Below, one piece after another: positions 12,483-25,427 of a DNA stretch of 64,000 nucleotides. The translations under genes and the position numbers were made by a program. Location: the NCBI RefSeq assembly GCF_018977255.1, contig NW_024704742.1, forward strand, positions 44,828,001-44,892,000, in the 5' to 3' direction. Numbering within the stretch: position 1 is the first letter of the stretch; every line of letters begins with the position of its first letter. The DNA is from Callorhinchus milii (lineage: Eukaryota). The notes under the pieces were generated by a model, which was not told the DNA's origin, ran no database searches, and was given only the letters and a program-made list of their open reading frames with translations.

Positions 12483-12900
12483 ATAATCATAATAATAATC
12501 TTTGCATTTGATATAGTGCCTTACCGTGTAACCAAAACATCTCAAAGCGCTTAACAGGATTTACTATTAAGTGTAGTGATTATATTTTGTAGGCGAATGC
12601 AACAGACAATTTGCGAACGGCAATATCCCACACAAAGCCATAAAGTGAATGATCAGTTTTATCTGGGGTGTTCATTAGCCAGCTAGGACATGGAGAGAAA
12701 CTCCCTTCTCTTTCCGAATAGTGACTTGGGATCTTTAACATCCACCTGAACAAGCAGACTGGACCTCGGTTTAATGTCTCCTCTGAAGGACAGTACTTCC
12801 AACATAACACACACCTTCAACACTTACTTGAAATGTCAGCCTAGGTGATATGTGTTCAAAGTCCCATTATGGTGTTTGAACTCACAACTTGTGTCTAAGA
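12483..12900 (-). mobile_element. SINE family B (Deu-domain)
   Basis: gggatctttaacatccacctgaacaagcagactggacctcggtttaatgtctc is the Deu core in reverse; L2-like tail. Confidence 0.85.
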
Positions 12901-13414
12901 CGAACTGACAACCTAATATCCAATGAGATGGTAAGGTGTTTTTATGTCCATTTGATTCACGTGGTAGATAGAACCTAATTTAATAATGCAATTAAAATAA
13001 CCTTCTTGGTCAGTTGATAAATCCAAATGCGCAGCCATTTTGCAGCAACAAACCCTGGCAAATAACTATGAATCAAAATATTTTTGAATCATTTGGGGGG
13101 AAATATGATCATTTCCAATGTGGTACTTTAACAGGAACAATGTTGACAGTGAAAACATTTTCTTCCATCTTGATGCTGCAACAAATACCCCTACAATGAG
13201 TTTTAAAATGTGAATCAAATGATTCACTTTACCATAAATTTAACCTTACCAGTAGTCACATTTGCAGCCAACATTTTGTTTTGAGCTTTGTCTTTGTTAA
13301 GAAAGGCCTAAATAGGTCAACAAATTGTCAAACACCAAAACGCGTGCCTCAGAATGGTAATGAATCCCATAATTTCAGTTGCAAAATAGAAATTAAAATG
13401 AGCAAAAGTGACTT

Positions 13415-13541
13415 TGGTTCATGGATTGCTGCATTTTCGATTCCTGTAAACAGTCCATGCACTTTACAGAAAACTCTGTGAAGCATTTTGAGACATTGTA
13501 ACGCGATAAGGCACTATATTAAATGAAAGGATTATTATTTA
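13415..13541 (+). mobile_element. SINE 3' fragment
   Basis: ctgtgaagcattttgagac...gataaggcactatattaaatgaaaggattattatt. Confidence 0.7.
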
Positions 13542-14368
13542 TATGCTTCAGAAGTGCACAGCGAGACTGCTTAATGTATCCTTCATTCAGTTGATACTGA
13601 CAGTTGAGTTTGGAATAATTTAAAATTCATGAAAAATTATTAAATACTCTATACTGTAGTGCAGTTTTGAGAAATGGGGAGAAGCTAGCAATTTAATTCA
13701 AACTTTGCAATATGGCATCAGTTCACTCAGCGAGTGCTAGATCCCTGGAGTTTGGAGTTAGTTCTGATACGTTTCTAAAAGCTGAGGAAGGCAATTGGGA
13801 TTATCTCTTGCTTAGTATGTGCTTTATTTTTCTAGATGTATACAACATACTAATGACAACTTTGCTATCCCACTCTGCTTGAAACACGTTTGTTTCCTCT
13901 GCTTTATACACATGTGGCACATATGCAAACAGGGAAGATTCTCTGAAGACATTGATAAAGATTGTTTTATTTTCTGCCGATCTGTGAATTTATAGATTTT
14001 AACATTTTGAGTTTACACTGGGACATTTCCATTCCTGTGTAAACTTCCACAACAAAGTTTTGTCTATTTACTAGCCTTTGAAGGATCACACCATAATGTA
14101 TTTTCAATTGTTGAGTCAACTGTTCGACATGAAGAATTCATTTCTTTCAAATCACAAGGGGTTTACAAATGGAATAGATTGGGAATGGGGACCTGGCAAA
14201 TCTTCCCATATTCACTTCGCCTGTGGCCTTTGAGTCGTGACAGACTTCATGCACAGGTGAAAGCTGTTCCAAAGGATGCTGCATGAAAAAGATATCTTCC
14301 AATTTTGTTTTACTTACAAAATCAATCTGACTGCTGTATCCTGCTGACTTTGCAGAGAACTCTCCTTC

Positions 14369-14838
14369 CATCTCTCGGAACGTTTGCCTCTTACCAAGTG
14401 AGGAATGAGCACTGTTGGCATCAGCAGTAGTGTAAGCTGTCCCAAAATTACAGTGGGAAAATAGTACAATATTACCAGGGTCACAGATATACTGAAAATC
14501 GTACCATTGTGATTTATTATATATTAAAACTCAAATGCCTTTCAGTTGCTGGTGCTGTAGTTTCACCTCATGGCTGTTGGCAAGACATTACTGTGTGGAA
14601 ATTTGGTGCTGCATTCACCCACAGGATACACAGTCATTACAGTAAATCCTGTGAAGCGATTTGAGACTTTCCAACAAGGATTATTATTTTTAGAAGGATC
14701 TTTTCACTCAAATGTTCAAATTCCCTACTTTATTTCTCCCCTCAGTTGGGATAAATAAATTTAGGGACAGCTTACATCACTGCTGATGCCGACAGTGCTC
14801 AGTCTTCACTTAGTAAGAGGCAAACATTCCGAGAGATG
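14369..14838. repeat. Inverted repeat, 75-bp arms (14369-14443 and 14764-14838), 68/75 identical
   Basis: direct alignment of arm B with the reverse complement of arm A, no gaps. Confidence 0.95.
14555..14690 (+). mobile_element. SINE 3' fragment in the spacer of the inverted repeat
   Basis: tggctgttggcaagacattactgtg...cctgtgaagcgatttgagac...aaggattattat. Confidence 0.7.
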
Positions 14839-16579
14839 CCAATCCCACCCCGTGAACTTGATTACAAAGGAAATAACTCACCGGGCACATTGCAAACGGA
14901 TGCAAGTGTCAGCTAGTCTCCATTCACTCCAGACACACTGTTACTTTAAAGTGAGTATCTTAGCTGCATTGTTTGAACAAGATGGAGTTAAATAACACAG
15001 AAATTGACAGCATCATAATTTTCCAAAGAAAGTTATGGCAGGAGAACAAGATCTTACAAATCTCTTTGTAGTTTAAGCATCGTACCTTTATGCAAAAGTC
15101 TGACTCATTTCAGTCAGCACTAGTTTAATGAGGTCAGACATGCCTATTGGCAGTATAAAATTGTTTTTCTTCCTGTCAGTCATCTGCTGATAAAAGCTCC
15201 TGTTAGGCAACGAAAGTCATAGTTCTCTCTTTAAATAGATAACCATCTTTTACAGTATGTTCTCACCACTGATTGACTGAATGTGATGTTCTGATTAACA
15301 TCAGATAATATCTGAGTTCACGCAATGTTACAGAGAGCAAGGCTCACTGAAAGACCCTGACAAGGGATCGGTCAGACATCTCTGTAAATTCATTGCAAAT
15401 GTCAATTGTTGCAGTGTCTGAGTGTAAAGTGCTGTTATTGGTTTACTTACTGAGGTGAAACATAGTCTTGTTATCTAAATCAAGTCTTACAACTGGCCTA
15501 TTGTTAAAAGTAAAGATTTGCATCCTCTGTAACTGCATGTAACTTCCATTTATTTTAGCTGTCAGTAAATGTTGCCGTATAAATTAATTAAATAAATTAG
15601 TTTGCCAACAAATACATAGTCACTACGCTCAACAGCAATTGTCTGTCACTTTCAGATAGTACAACATTAGAGGAACTATATCAAACACAATTACATTATT
15701 GTTAAATCAAATAATGAGAAAATAATTTGAACCCACATTCTATTCTATAAGGTCACTGACTTCATTTTGTAAATTCAGACATCCAAGAGTTTTGTTATGG
15801 AATACTAATGCCCACACATAAGTCCCCAATCTTTGCCTAATTTAAGCTTGATACAAACTAACAATTTCAGAATGTAGAGGACTTCATTAACCCTGGATCA
15901 GTTGATTCAAGCATGCTGAATTGTTAACCAGCATTTACCAAAATAAAAAGCCACAAGATCATTATTACAATGTCTTGTGAAGGATAAAGCAAGATGAAGC
16001 ATGGACCAGCGGAGACTGTGGTTAATCTCTGTTCGTATCGCTTTCTTTTGTTAACAATACTTTATCAACATGAAACTGGACCACAAGTCAAAGCAAAATG
16101 TTATCTTTCTGGGATTGTGTGTGTGCAGGGATTTCTGAAGCATTACCACCAATCCTTGAGGTGCTGCTTACTTTTCAGAGTGCCCAATGATAACAATGTC
16201 CAGCTCAGCTAAAAGGATCAGCTATTCTATAGTTTTATTCTTCCACTATTTTGCATGGTACAAATTACTATTTTAGATTCAAACATTAATCTTTAGGACC
16301 TAATTCTTCCCCTTACTTCACTAGCACAGTCTTTTGGTGCAAACACAGCACATATTACTGTATATTGTCAATTCGCAGCTACAAATTTGTACAATCGAAT
16401 CAAGAGAAATGTAAATCTGAAGGGGAATCACGCATATGACAAATAGGGCATATTTAATTACTGAATATAATTTTGTCTTGACATGACACAAACACTGTAA
16501 TATAACTAGCCTATATTGGAGTTTGAAGCTGAAGCTTGGGATACATCTGGGGCATAAGTATCTCGGGCTATATTTCCTG

Positions 16580-16872
16580 AGAACAAAGATAGTTGAATTG
16601 AAATCTGATGGAGGTCTTTCAAATTACGAGGATTTGGGATAACATAAAGGAGAAATTATATCCACTGGTCAATGAATGAAAAACTACAGGGCATAAATTT
16701 AAAGAAATTGCCTAAAGAGCAATGTGAGAGATTAGGAGAATGATTTTTACATAGAAGCTTGTCAGTTATTACACGTGGATTATTTTATCTGGAACGACAG
16801 TTGAGGCAGAAACCATGTTAGCTTTTAAGAATCAAGTTGTCTCCTTCTGTGTTGTACATTTCTGTGGTTCTA
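16580..16872 (+). mobile_element. Old CR1 3' fragment
   Basis: aaatctgatggaggtctttcaaatta (LIEVFKI-like)...ctccttctgtgttgtacatttctgtggttctatg. Confidence 0.7.
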
Positions 16873-17088
16873 TGCTTTTACGAAGTTTAGATTTGTATAA
16901 ATCTCCCTCCCCTTACACAATAGTCATCCTTGTGAGTATTAATTCAAACAATTCACCAAGAGAATCAAGTCTGGTGTTCTTTTCAGTTGTTTGAGTGGTT
17001 CTGTACAAAAGGTTACTAAATTTAAAAAAAGGCTTGTCATTGCTTAGTTTAAACACACTTAAAGATTCTGTGGCCAGGATATGTGGCA

Positions 17089-17458
17089 AATAATAATAAT
17101 AATAAAAATTCTTGCATTTGACATAGTGTCTTATCATGTCTTCAAGACACCACAAAGCACTTCACAGATAATACTACAAATTTAATTGACTGTATATTTT
17201 GTGGGTGAAACGCAGCAGCCAATTCCGCACAGTAGTGCCTCAGAAACAGTCGTGGATTGAGTGACCAAATTGTTTTTTAAGGGATTATTACTCCTGGAAA
17301 AGCGATCCGTCAATCGACTAACAACTGGGTTTCTACTTATTGCCAGATAAACAGAGGAGTGTGGATTAAGGAATCTTGCCCAACTTTTCACCCTGCCGGG
17401 AATCAAACTCAGGTCCACTCACTTGCGAGGTTAGTGCTCCAACCACTGAGCTACAGGA
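17089..17458 (-). mobile_element. SINE family A, long form, full length
   Basis: reverse complement of the 1116-1488 type; head tcctgtagctcagtggttggagcac. Confidence 0.9.
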
Positions 17459-18074
17459 CTGGATCTAAATATAGATTTTTGTTACATAAGCAATAAATAT
17501 TCAAAAAGTGATGGATTTCAGTAAAAATGTGCTCCCAATTCAAGGAACAAAGTAGACGTCATGGACATCATTAAATCTGTAAAAAAANTATAGAGACAAC
17601 ATTGAAACATCATCTGGAGCAAACACAACTCGTACATGTTTTGAAACCTGAGACTTTGCTAAGCACTTCTGAGTAATCATTGGTTTGTCTGAGACTTTCT
17701 TCACTAGCTGGCTTCCAACTAAATACCTGAATTATAGGCATAATGAAAGCATCCATTGGATAGGAAGCAATTGCCATTTGTATCTATTTGTACTTTTTCA
17801 ATTATAAAGGCCTGATAGTGAGGAAAGAAGAACAAATACATTTACTTTAAAAGCATCGTATTAGTGGGACTTGTCTTTGTTTTGCATCTCATGCTACATT
17901 CCCTACTAGACTGAATAATTTTCCACTCAGTCTTTGATCAGAAAAAAGAATGACAATAATTGAATTATCTTTGAGAAAAAATGAAAAATTAAATCTATAG
18001 ATCCTGCTTTAGCTTTTCTCTTTCTCTAATATCCTTTGACCATCGGCTATTTAATTTTTTGTGTGGAGTGTGGA

Positions 18075-18255
18075 GTAAATGGTCCCTCTCAGCGATGTCA
18101 TCTGCAGACATGGGGTCAACTTCCACATGTATGTGGATTACACCCAACTCTACATCTCCTCTTCCAGCTGCGATTCTAGGTCCGTTGATGTTCTATCAGC
18201 TTGCTTGTCAGACCTCAAGGCTTGAATTAGTGTAAGCTTTCTGCAGTTGAATGCT
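18075..18255 (+). mobile_element. L2 RT fragment
   Basis: encodes PLSDVICRHGVNFHMYVDYTQLYIS, homologous to the YADD region at 9140-9230. Confidence 0.8.
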
Positions 18256-19127
18256 TGATATGGTGGAAGTTTAGTTTTTTGGAGTCTTGTTATTAGTCTG
18301 GTTAATCAAAGTCTAGTTATTTGGGGTCTGATTATTCATAGTTTGGTTAACTGGGAGAATGTCTGATAATCCCAATAATTCAAAAACATTTTCATTTTAT
18401 TGGCCTCCTACTGCACAGACAGAGAATTGAGCATCAGGTTCATTTTGGGTTACTCTTTGCTTTGTATTCCATTGACAGATGCTATCTGCTTCTTGAAAGC
18501 TTTTTATCTTAACCTCATTCCAGGTTTGAACTGTCCTTATCCTCAATTCTGTCTCTCCTTACTTCCAGCTTTTCTTTACTGCATCACCTCACTGCAATTC
18601 ATTGTGAGTTAAATAGATACTTCAGGAGTATATAATTAGTTTTCTTCGTGGGATTAATATGCAATTCCATCTCACCCTTTCTAAAAGTTATGCAGGCCGT
18701 CTGCCTGTTCCCCTCCCTAATGTTATTGTTCCTTTTCTTTCTCTCTGCATTTGCAATGAAACACTCAGTTGATTAAACCCATTCAACTCTCTGTTTATGG
18801 AGCTGCATGCTTCACTTTTGTAATTTTCTAGGTTTGCCCCCCTGTTTGTCCAAGTTTGGGTTTTGCCTTCTTCTGATCACTCTACATTAAGATAAAGCAA
18901 ATTATATGAACTAGGAGTTAATGATTTCCCAGCCGACAAAGCACAATAAAAAGACTGAATACACTTAACTTTCCCTTGGTTTGTGCACCTTGAAGAAGCC
19001 CCAATACCTAACAGTAATCTTAACTGTCTGTTACCAGAGAATGAGGGGAAAGAAGAGAAGGCAATGCCCCTTCTCAATATTGGAAAAACAGATGGAGATG
19101 CAAACATGTCCTGGGATCGAGAACAGA

Positions 19128-19400
19128 ATCAACAATAACTTGCATTTATATAGTGCCCTTCACATACGGTAATGTCTCGGACATATGAAGAAAGGAAAGT
19201 GGGAGATAGAGAGATTAGGAAATTCCAAGGCAGAGACATTTGGGGAAATCTAAAGTTGATAAAATTGGAATGGGAATAGGAGGCAGTGATTGTTCAGAGA
19301 AACAAAAAGCAGACATGTGAGATAAAGCGTAAGAGAGATGAAGAATGTGTGACAGAGAAACACAAGGGAGAGATATGGAGGAAGATGCTGAAGTCTTAAA
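19128..19400 (-). mobile_element. Degraded L2 3' fragment
   Basis: aacaataacttgcatttatatagtgcccttcac tail followed by purine-rich L2-like sequence. Confidence 0.55.
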
Positions 19401-19734
19401 CCATTAGGGTCTGCTGTTTTTCTCTAGCTTTAGATAATACACAATGTGTACAGAATTTTAAGTTGTGTTGTTTACTATTACTGGGAACATTTCAACATTT
19501 CCTCTGTTTTGAGGAACATTTCAGTTTCAGGGCAATAACAAATGACATCGACAGAGGGTACATAATATAGTCCTTTCTCACTTCAATGATAAATAAAAAT
19601 TACTTTTAATTTTATAATGCTTTTCATGTAAAAATGAGAATCTCAAGAAGCTTTACAGAATATGTCTAAATGGAAATGAATGAAAGTTGTTATATCAGCA
19701 AATTGTATTGCCAAACTAACAATATGTGTGACAG

Positions 19735-20168
19735 GCAGACTTATTTGGTAGCACTCTCTGGTAGCACTGAGTCAGAAAGTTGTTGGTTCAAGCCGCATAT
19801 GGGGTCTTTGAACTCCCATCTTCCAGGCTGCCACTCCAATGCAGTGTTGGGAACATGTTGCATTATTAAAGGTGTCATCTTTCAGATGAAATTTTAAACT
19901 AAGGTCCTGTCTGGTTTTTCAGGTGGACATTAAAGATTTCATGACACCATTCATGGGAGAAGAAAGTTTCGTCCATTGTACTGGCCAACAATTCCTAAAT
20001 AAAATTGGTCATTCACTTACATGACTGTTTCTGGGACATTGCTGTCCACAAATTGACTGCTATGTTTTCCTACAAAATACACAGTCACTAAATATTACTT
20101 CCACTGAAGCACAATTAGACATCCTCCTGATGTGAACATGCTATATTAAATGCAATGATTATTATTAT
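19735..20168 (+). mobile_element. SINE family B (Deu-domain), near full length
   Basis: head ggtagcact..ctgagtcagaaagttgttggttcaag; Deu core; L2-like tail. Confidence 0.85.
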
Positions 20169-21149
20169 ATATCATTTGCTAATATGTCAATATTGCAGTT
20201 TTCAGAAGGGGCTATACAAATGCAATTTGTTGTTGATGTTCCAAGACAATTATATTATTCTGCATCCGGGTTTGATGTGATGGGAGGCTAACATTATCTA
20301 GTCATTAAAAAAGATTGAAAAATCAATCAGCATGTGGTAAGGCATCAAACCCTAGGGATATCGGTCATCTCAGCTACTGCTCTCCTGACTCAGGTTAGGT
20401 TTGAATCCATGCTTATTTTATGAGGAGGTGAAACTGCCTTACCACTCAAACCTTCTGCTTCTTGTGGGATCCACTGAATAGACAACGATCTGAGAAGTGT
20501 CCCACTCAGCAATTAGCTGGTGCTGTTCCTCATCGCTCACAGTGAGGGCAGGGGGCAATGGGTCATTGCCTCTGTGAAGCACCACTCTCTCACTTGGGAC
20601 TTTGTTCCCTGCTGAGTCCCTGTCTGTGCTGCTGTGATGGGTCCTTTGATGGTTGACCCAGTTCCTAATGGCTCACACAGTTCATGCACCTCTGCATCAT
20701 GCTTTTCTGTCTTGGGACGACCTTGGGCTCTTCCTCCCCCCCACCCCCGCCGCCACTACTATTAGTCCCAATGTGTGCTCCAAGATATTAACATCTTCCT
20801 TTAAGATATAAAGTGATTTTTTATTATTATTATTACTATTATAATGAGTAATATGATCATAAGGTCAATTTAAGGGTACATTCAACATCTATCACATCGA
20901 ATGTACCTGGTTGTGCTGTATAATTTTCAATCCAATGTCTATGAAGCTGAATCTACATCATTAGCCACCCAAGTCACATCAACAAAAAGCTCGTAATCTG
21001 CTAACCAGCAGTCCAATGGTGCAAGACTCACTATTTAAAACAACATTGGGGGATGTCCAGTTCTAGGACATCCATTCCATGCAATAAATAATGAATGCAC
21101 TGCTAATATGCTGCTAATAAAATATTAGCAGGAAAATATATATTTCGCC

Positions 21150-21260
21150 CATAGAATATAGTCAAATCACTTTACAGTATATTCTGTGAAGCGCTTTGAG
21201 ACGTTTCAAAGATGTGATAAGGTGCCATATCAAATGGATAGATTATTATTATTTTATTAT
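21150..21260 (+). mobile_element. SINE 3' tail
   Basis: cactttacagtatattctgtgaagcgctttgagacg...gattattatt. Confidence 0.8.
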
Positions 21261-21318
21261 GATACTCTGTTAATGTGACTCCAGTATTATCCAACATAAT
21301 CAGTAAATATGCTTCTAC

Positions 21319-21355
21319 ATAATAATAATAATGATAACAATAATAATAATAATAA
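21319..21355. repeat. (TAA)n microsatellite
   Basis: imperfect TAA run. Confidence 0.8.
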
Positions 21356-23274
21356 AACATCTAGACCAAAATTGAAGATATTGTTCCCCAATATTTAATT
21401 GGAAATTTTAGTACAGGTGGTGCTGGAACAATTGATTCAATGCAAAAATAATAAAAGCAAATCAGAACAAAGGGCACCATGGTTTCCTGAATGCCTTTTT
21501 CAATTTGTGCACCAATCAATCAAAACATGCGTTTCTAAATCAGTTAGACCATAGTGCAGTCACCAAATCTCTCCATCACTTTTTATTTTCTTGCTAAATA
21601 TGGTAACTTTCAGCCACTTCTGCTCTCATAACCTTATTGAAATCACTTGAAATCATTTTTCTTTTGGCTAAAGTCAGGGGAATAAACATGATTTTCACCA
21701 ATTTAGGCTATCAAAATATTTTTTTTTTATTTTACCAGCAATTTTCTTCCAAACACAAATCCTGATTATTAAATCTGCTGGTATGTTAAATAAACCAACA
21801 ATGCAAAATTCGAGAACTGTCCATCACTGTTATTAAACATGGGATGACTGCTGAAAAGTGCAACATCATTAAAACAGCTCCAATATATTTAATTGCTTAG
21901 TAGTGGAACCCTGACAAATATGGGAAGAAAGTATTGTTCCAAACTCGTAAAGCCACTTGATATTTTTAAGTTTCTAAAAATTGTTTTATCATAGATAAGA
22001 GAACATAGTTGTGATGCATAATAAATCCTGACAATGGCTGAGATGAGGTTGCACCAGAAGGCACTGCTGTGTTGTATAAGTTATGAACTTAGGTGCATGA
22101 ATCCTTATTAACTATGCAGAAGTATCCCATGGTGTAGTCTCCCCTGTGTTAGTATATATTTACAATGTATCTTGCTTGTGTTTCTTGCTGTCAGCATTGC
22201 AGGATTGTCACATAACTTCTTCATGACATTTTGCTGCACCTGCTAACACAAGGTGTCAAACCTCACAGCTGGAGTTAATAAACTAGGAAAGGCAACCATT
22301 TACTGCTGCAACCTTGTTTAATATTTAATGCAAAGCACAAAGCTATTCAACAGATTTAGCTTTCTGATTTAGAAGTACTTTGCAAGGGATTAGCCTTTTC
22401 TAAATCAGAATGTTGTTACATTATTTTGAGCCATCTTTTCTTACCGCACATTTTATAAATCTCCACATTCAAAGTCTGGTACATCTCTATATAAAGTATT
22501 AAATCCTTATTTTCTAGATTGTGCCTAATAAATACAGCATGACTATCTTTGTGTGTCTTGTGTTTTAAATTGGTGTCAGACTCTGTTAGGTAACATGAGT
22601 GTCCAGCCATAGTGATACAGAGTAGGGTGATGCATTAACACTGATTTTGTTTCATAGTGATGTGTTATGTGCATCAGAATGTTTTCTGAATCCTCTTTGT
22701 ATAATATTGTATCATATTTCTGAATATGCACATTGAAAATGATGGAAGTGCAACATTTATGTGGAGCAAATTATTTCTTGCAACTGCCACAAGTCAAGAG
22801 AGTTTCAATATGAATATATTAATGCCAGCAGGACCCACAGGATATTAGATGTAACTGAACATCCCAGAAAGTATTACAACAGCCGTTGTGCCTATAAAAT
22901 AGGATCTGAATTCTATCATGGAGGAGCGAAAAGATGAAAAAGAAGAATAAAGTGGGAAAATAAAAAGTTTATTTTACTTCAAAATCTAGATAAAAAAATA
23001 TAGTAAACACTACTATCTGAACTATAAAATCAGAGTATATATCAATACAGTTAATCTCTGACTACCCACTGAGATAGCAAATGCTGGTCTGGTAGATAAC
23101 CTGTGACTATTCTCCTTGAGAAAACATAAGTGAAGTCTTTCATGGATTAAGCTGCCTTGAAGGCAGAGCATACTAAGTTAACTTATTGATGGCCAGAGTA
23201 AGGCAAGTCTGCAGAAGTCTAGGCTGCTGATGATTGACTATTTCCTATACTAGCTCAATGGGACTTGGGACACT

Positions 23275-23293
23275 GGGGGGGGGGGGGGGGGGG
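23275..23293. repeat. poly-G run
   Basis: 19 consecutive G. Confidence 0.9.
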
Positions 23294-23442
23294 TGGATTC
23301 TTTCACTCAAATCCTGCACTGTCCAGCACCTTGGGCTGTCCTTCTGATGGGAAAGGAGCTATATAATTGTAATGTGTGTTGTTCACTTATCTCCTAACAA
23401 GGTTGAAATCCTTCTCCCAAGTGGGTAGGGAAAGTTCCAGCA

Positions 23443-23600
23443 AAACAACAACAACAATTTATATAGCACTTTTCAAGACAACAGAATGTCTCAATCCATA
23501 TAGGAGGCCGAGCCGGAGAGGAGGGAGAGCTCAGGAGGGTGTTGATGAGGAAGTAGGTGGGGGATGACTGAAAGCACAGTCAAAAAGATAGATCTTAGTC
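23443..23600 (-). mobile_element. L2 3' end fragment
   Basis: (CAA)n, tttatatagcacttttca, ctgaaagcacagtcaaaaaga. Confidence 0.65.
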
Positions 23601-23625
23601 TTGAAACCTAGAGGCAAACCAGATA

Positions 23626-23936
23626 TCAGCCTGGCTTAGTTGGTAGCACACTTGTTTTTGAGTCAGAAGGTTGTAAATCCAAGCTCTGACTTTGAACTCA
23701 TGATCTAGGGTCACACACGAAAGCAATCCTGGGGGTGCTCTACATTGATACAGTTGCCATGCTTGGTGTGAGACATTAAACCAGTTTCGTCTGCCTGTTC
23801 AGATGTTACAAATTTCATGGCACTATTTGAAAAGTAATGACAGTTTCACCCAATACCTGGCCAACAAACCTCCAGAAAAATATTCATATATATATATATA
23901 TATATATATCAGATGCAAGGATTGTTATTATTATAT
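23626..23936 (+). mobile_element. SINE family B, internally deleted, containing a (TA)n run
   Basis: tcagcctggcttagttggtagcac head; Deu core; (TA)n at ~23886-23909 before the tail. Confidence 0.8.
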
Positions 23937-24374
23937 TAAGATGGTTCAAATCTGCATGGCCCAATGTACACTTTGGGATCCCTTGTGCACTAACTTTTCA
24001 AACTCACACGTTTGTTTACCAGACCTAAGGAGACGTGATGTATTCCAGGGCTTTTCCGGAGGAGCGATTGCAGACTCCGGATTTAGCAAACAGAAATTCT
24101 GCCTCTGAGAGTTATCAGCAGCTGCTGCTGGAGGTTACTAAGCACAGCACAGAGTTTCCATATGTGGCAGATATCTGCCTGACAAACTAAATTCAATTCT
24201 TCACTCCAATATCTGAATAACTATTTTCAATCCCTAAACAACAAGGGTAATTCTCAGAGATCTGTAAATATGGATCTTGGCAGTGCGAGTTTATAATAGT
24301 TTAGGGAAACAGAAACAGGAGTTGGCTATTTAGCCCTCAAACCTGTTCTACCAGCTCATAAGATCCTGGTGTTC

Positions 24375-24470
24375 ACCTGCAAAACACAGTATATTCTGTG
24401 AAGCGCTTGGAACATTTTTCTGATGTGAAAGGCACTATATCAAATGCAATGATTATTAATAATATTATTA
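24375..24470 (+). mobile_element. SINE 3' tail
   Basis: cagtatattctgtgaagcgcttgg...aaggcactatatcaaatgcaatgattatt. Confidence 0.75.
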
Positions 24471-24649
24471 TGATTATCTTTTAATTGCAATGCCAAGAGT
24501 TGTCCATTATCTAACCTGTCAATTTATTTCATTATTTCAAATACCTCAAACAATTCACTTCTACTTTAAAAACCCCAATCTATCTAAACTTTCAAAAAAG
24601 TTAAGTATTTCTGCCCAGACAATAATCATAAGGTTCCAGGGTTGGGTCA

Positions 24650-25005
24650 CATAAAAAAAGACCCTTTATACTATCTGATGTTATCCTTCTAGAATACCCA
24701 TTCCACCATCTCCCCATTATCACATCAAACTTTTTTAAAAAAGAAAATGAGTCCACCCTTTTAAAAAAATGAGGCAATCAGTTCCAGTCATTAATTATTC
24801 TCTGGGTAAATAAATACTTTCTGGAGTCTGTCTTGATATTGCTCTTTGCAACTAAACGTCATTCATCTTCAATTGCTTTGGTGTATCTGAAAGTATTGTT
24901 TGGGGCTTACTTTTTTCAATTCCATTAAAGTTTTATATACCGTACCTCTATAAGATCCCCTCTGAGACATCTCCTTTCCAGCCTCAAGAGTCTTAGCTTG
25001 TCTAA
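24650..25005 (-). mobile_element. Old CR1 3' fragment
   Basis: tacctctataagatcccctctgagacatctcc is the reverse complement of RxLRGDLIEV. Confidence 0.6.
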
Positions 25006-25427
25006 TATACAGTACAGTCACTAGACACCCTCCAAAAAAAGTATATCCTTCCTAGTTTAGGGAACATTCAGTCATGAGTATTGCTCTTTTATCTGCTTGG
25101 TCAGGCTGTTACATATTTCTGTGGAGGTATTTCTTAACTGGTGGAAGTTGCAACAAATAATTTGAACACAATATAAGCCCCACCCCTAAAGTCTATAAAT
25201 TTACCAATCTTTGGAGAATCATTCTTAACATTAGCACCGGTAAAAGAATAACATTTGTCAATATAATCTGACCTGTACACTACAATTATATTGCCTTGTT
25301 TTCATTATTTTTCACAAAGATGCTTAGCTTTGGTATGCCCTGGAGTTGAACAAGCCACAAAGCTATTCTGTGGACAGGAGCCTGGTACTGTTTCCAGAGC
25401 TGCGGTTCTTATGTGGAGATAGATAGA

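Noticed and set aside
24022..24190. Exon-like, CpG-containing segment (MYSRAFPEERLQTPDLANRNSASESYQQLLLEV...)
   Set aside because: No acceptor/donor pair gives a convincing open exon on either strand; peptide not recognised
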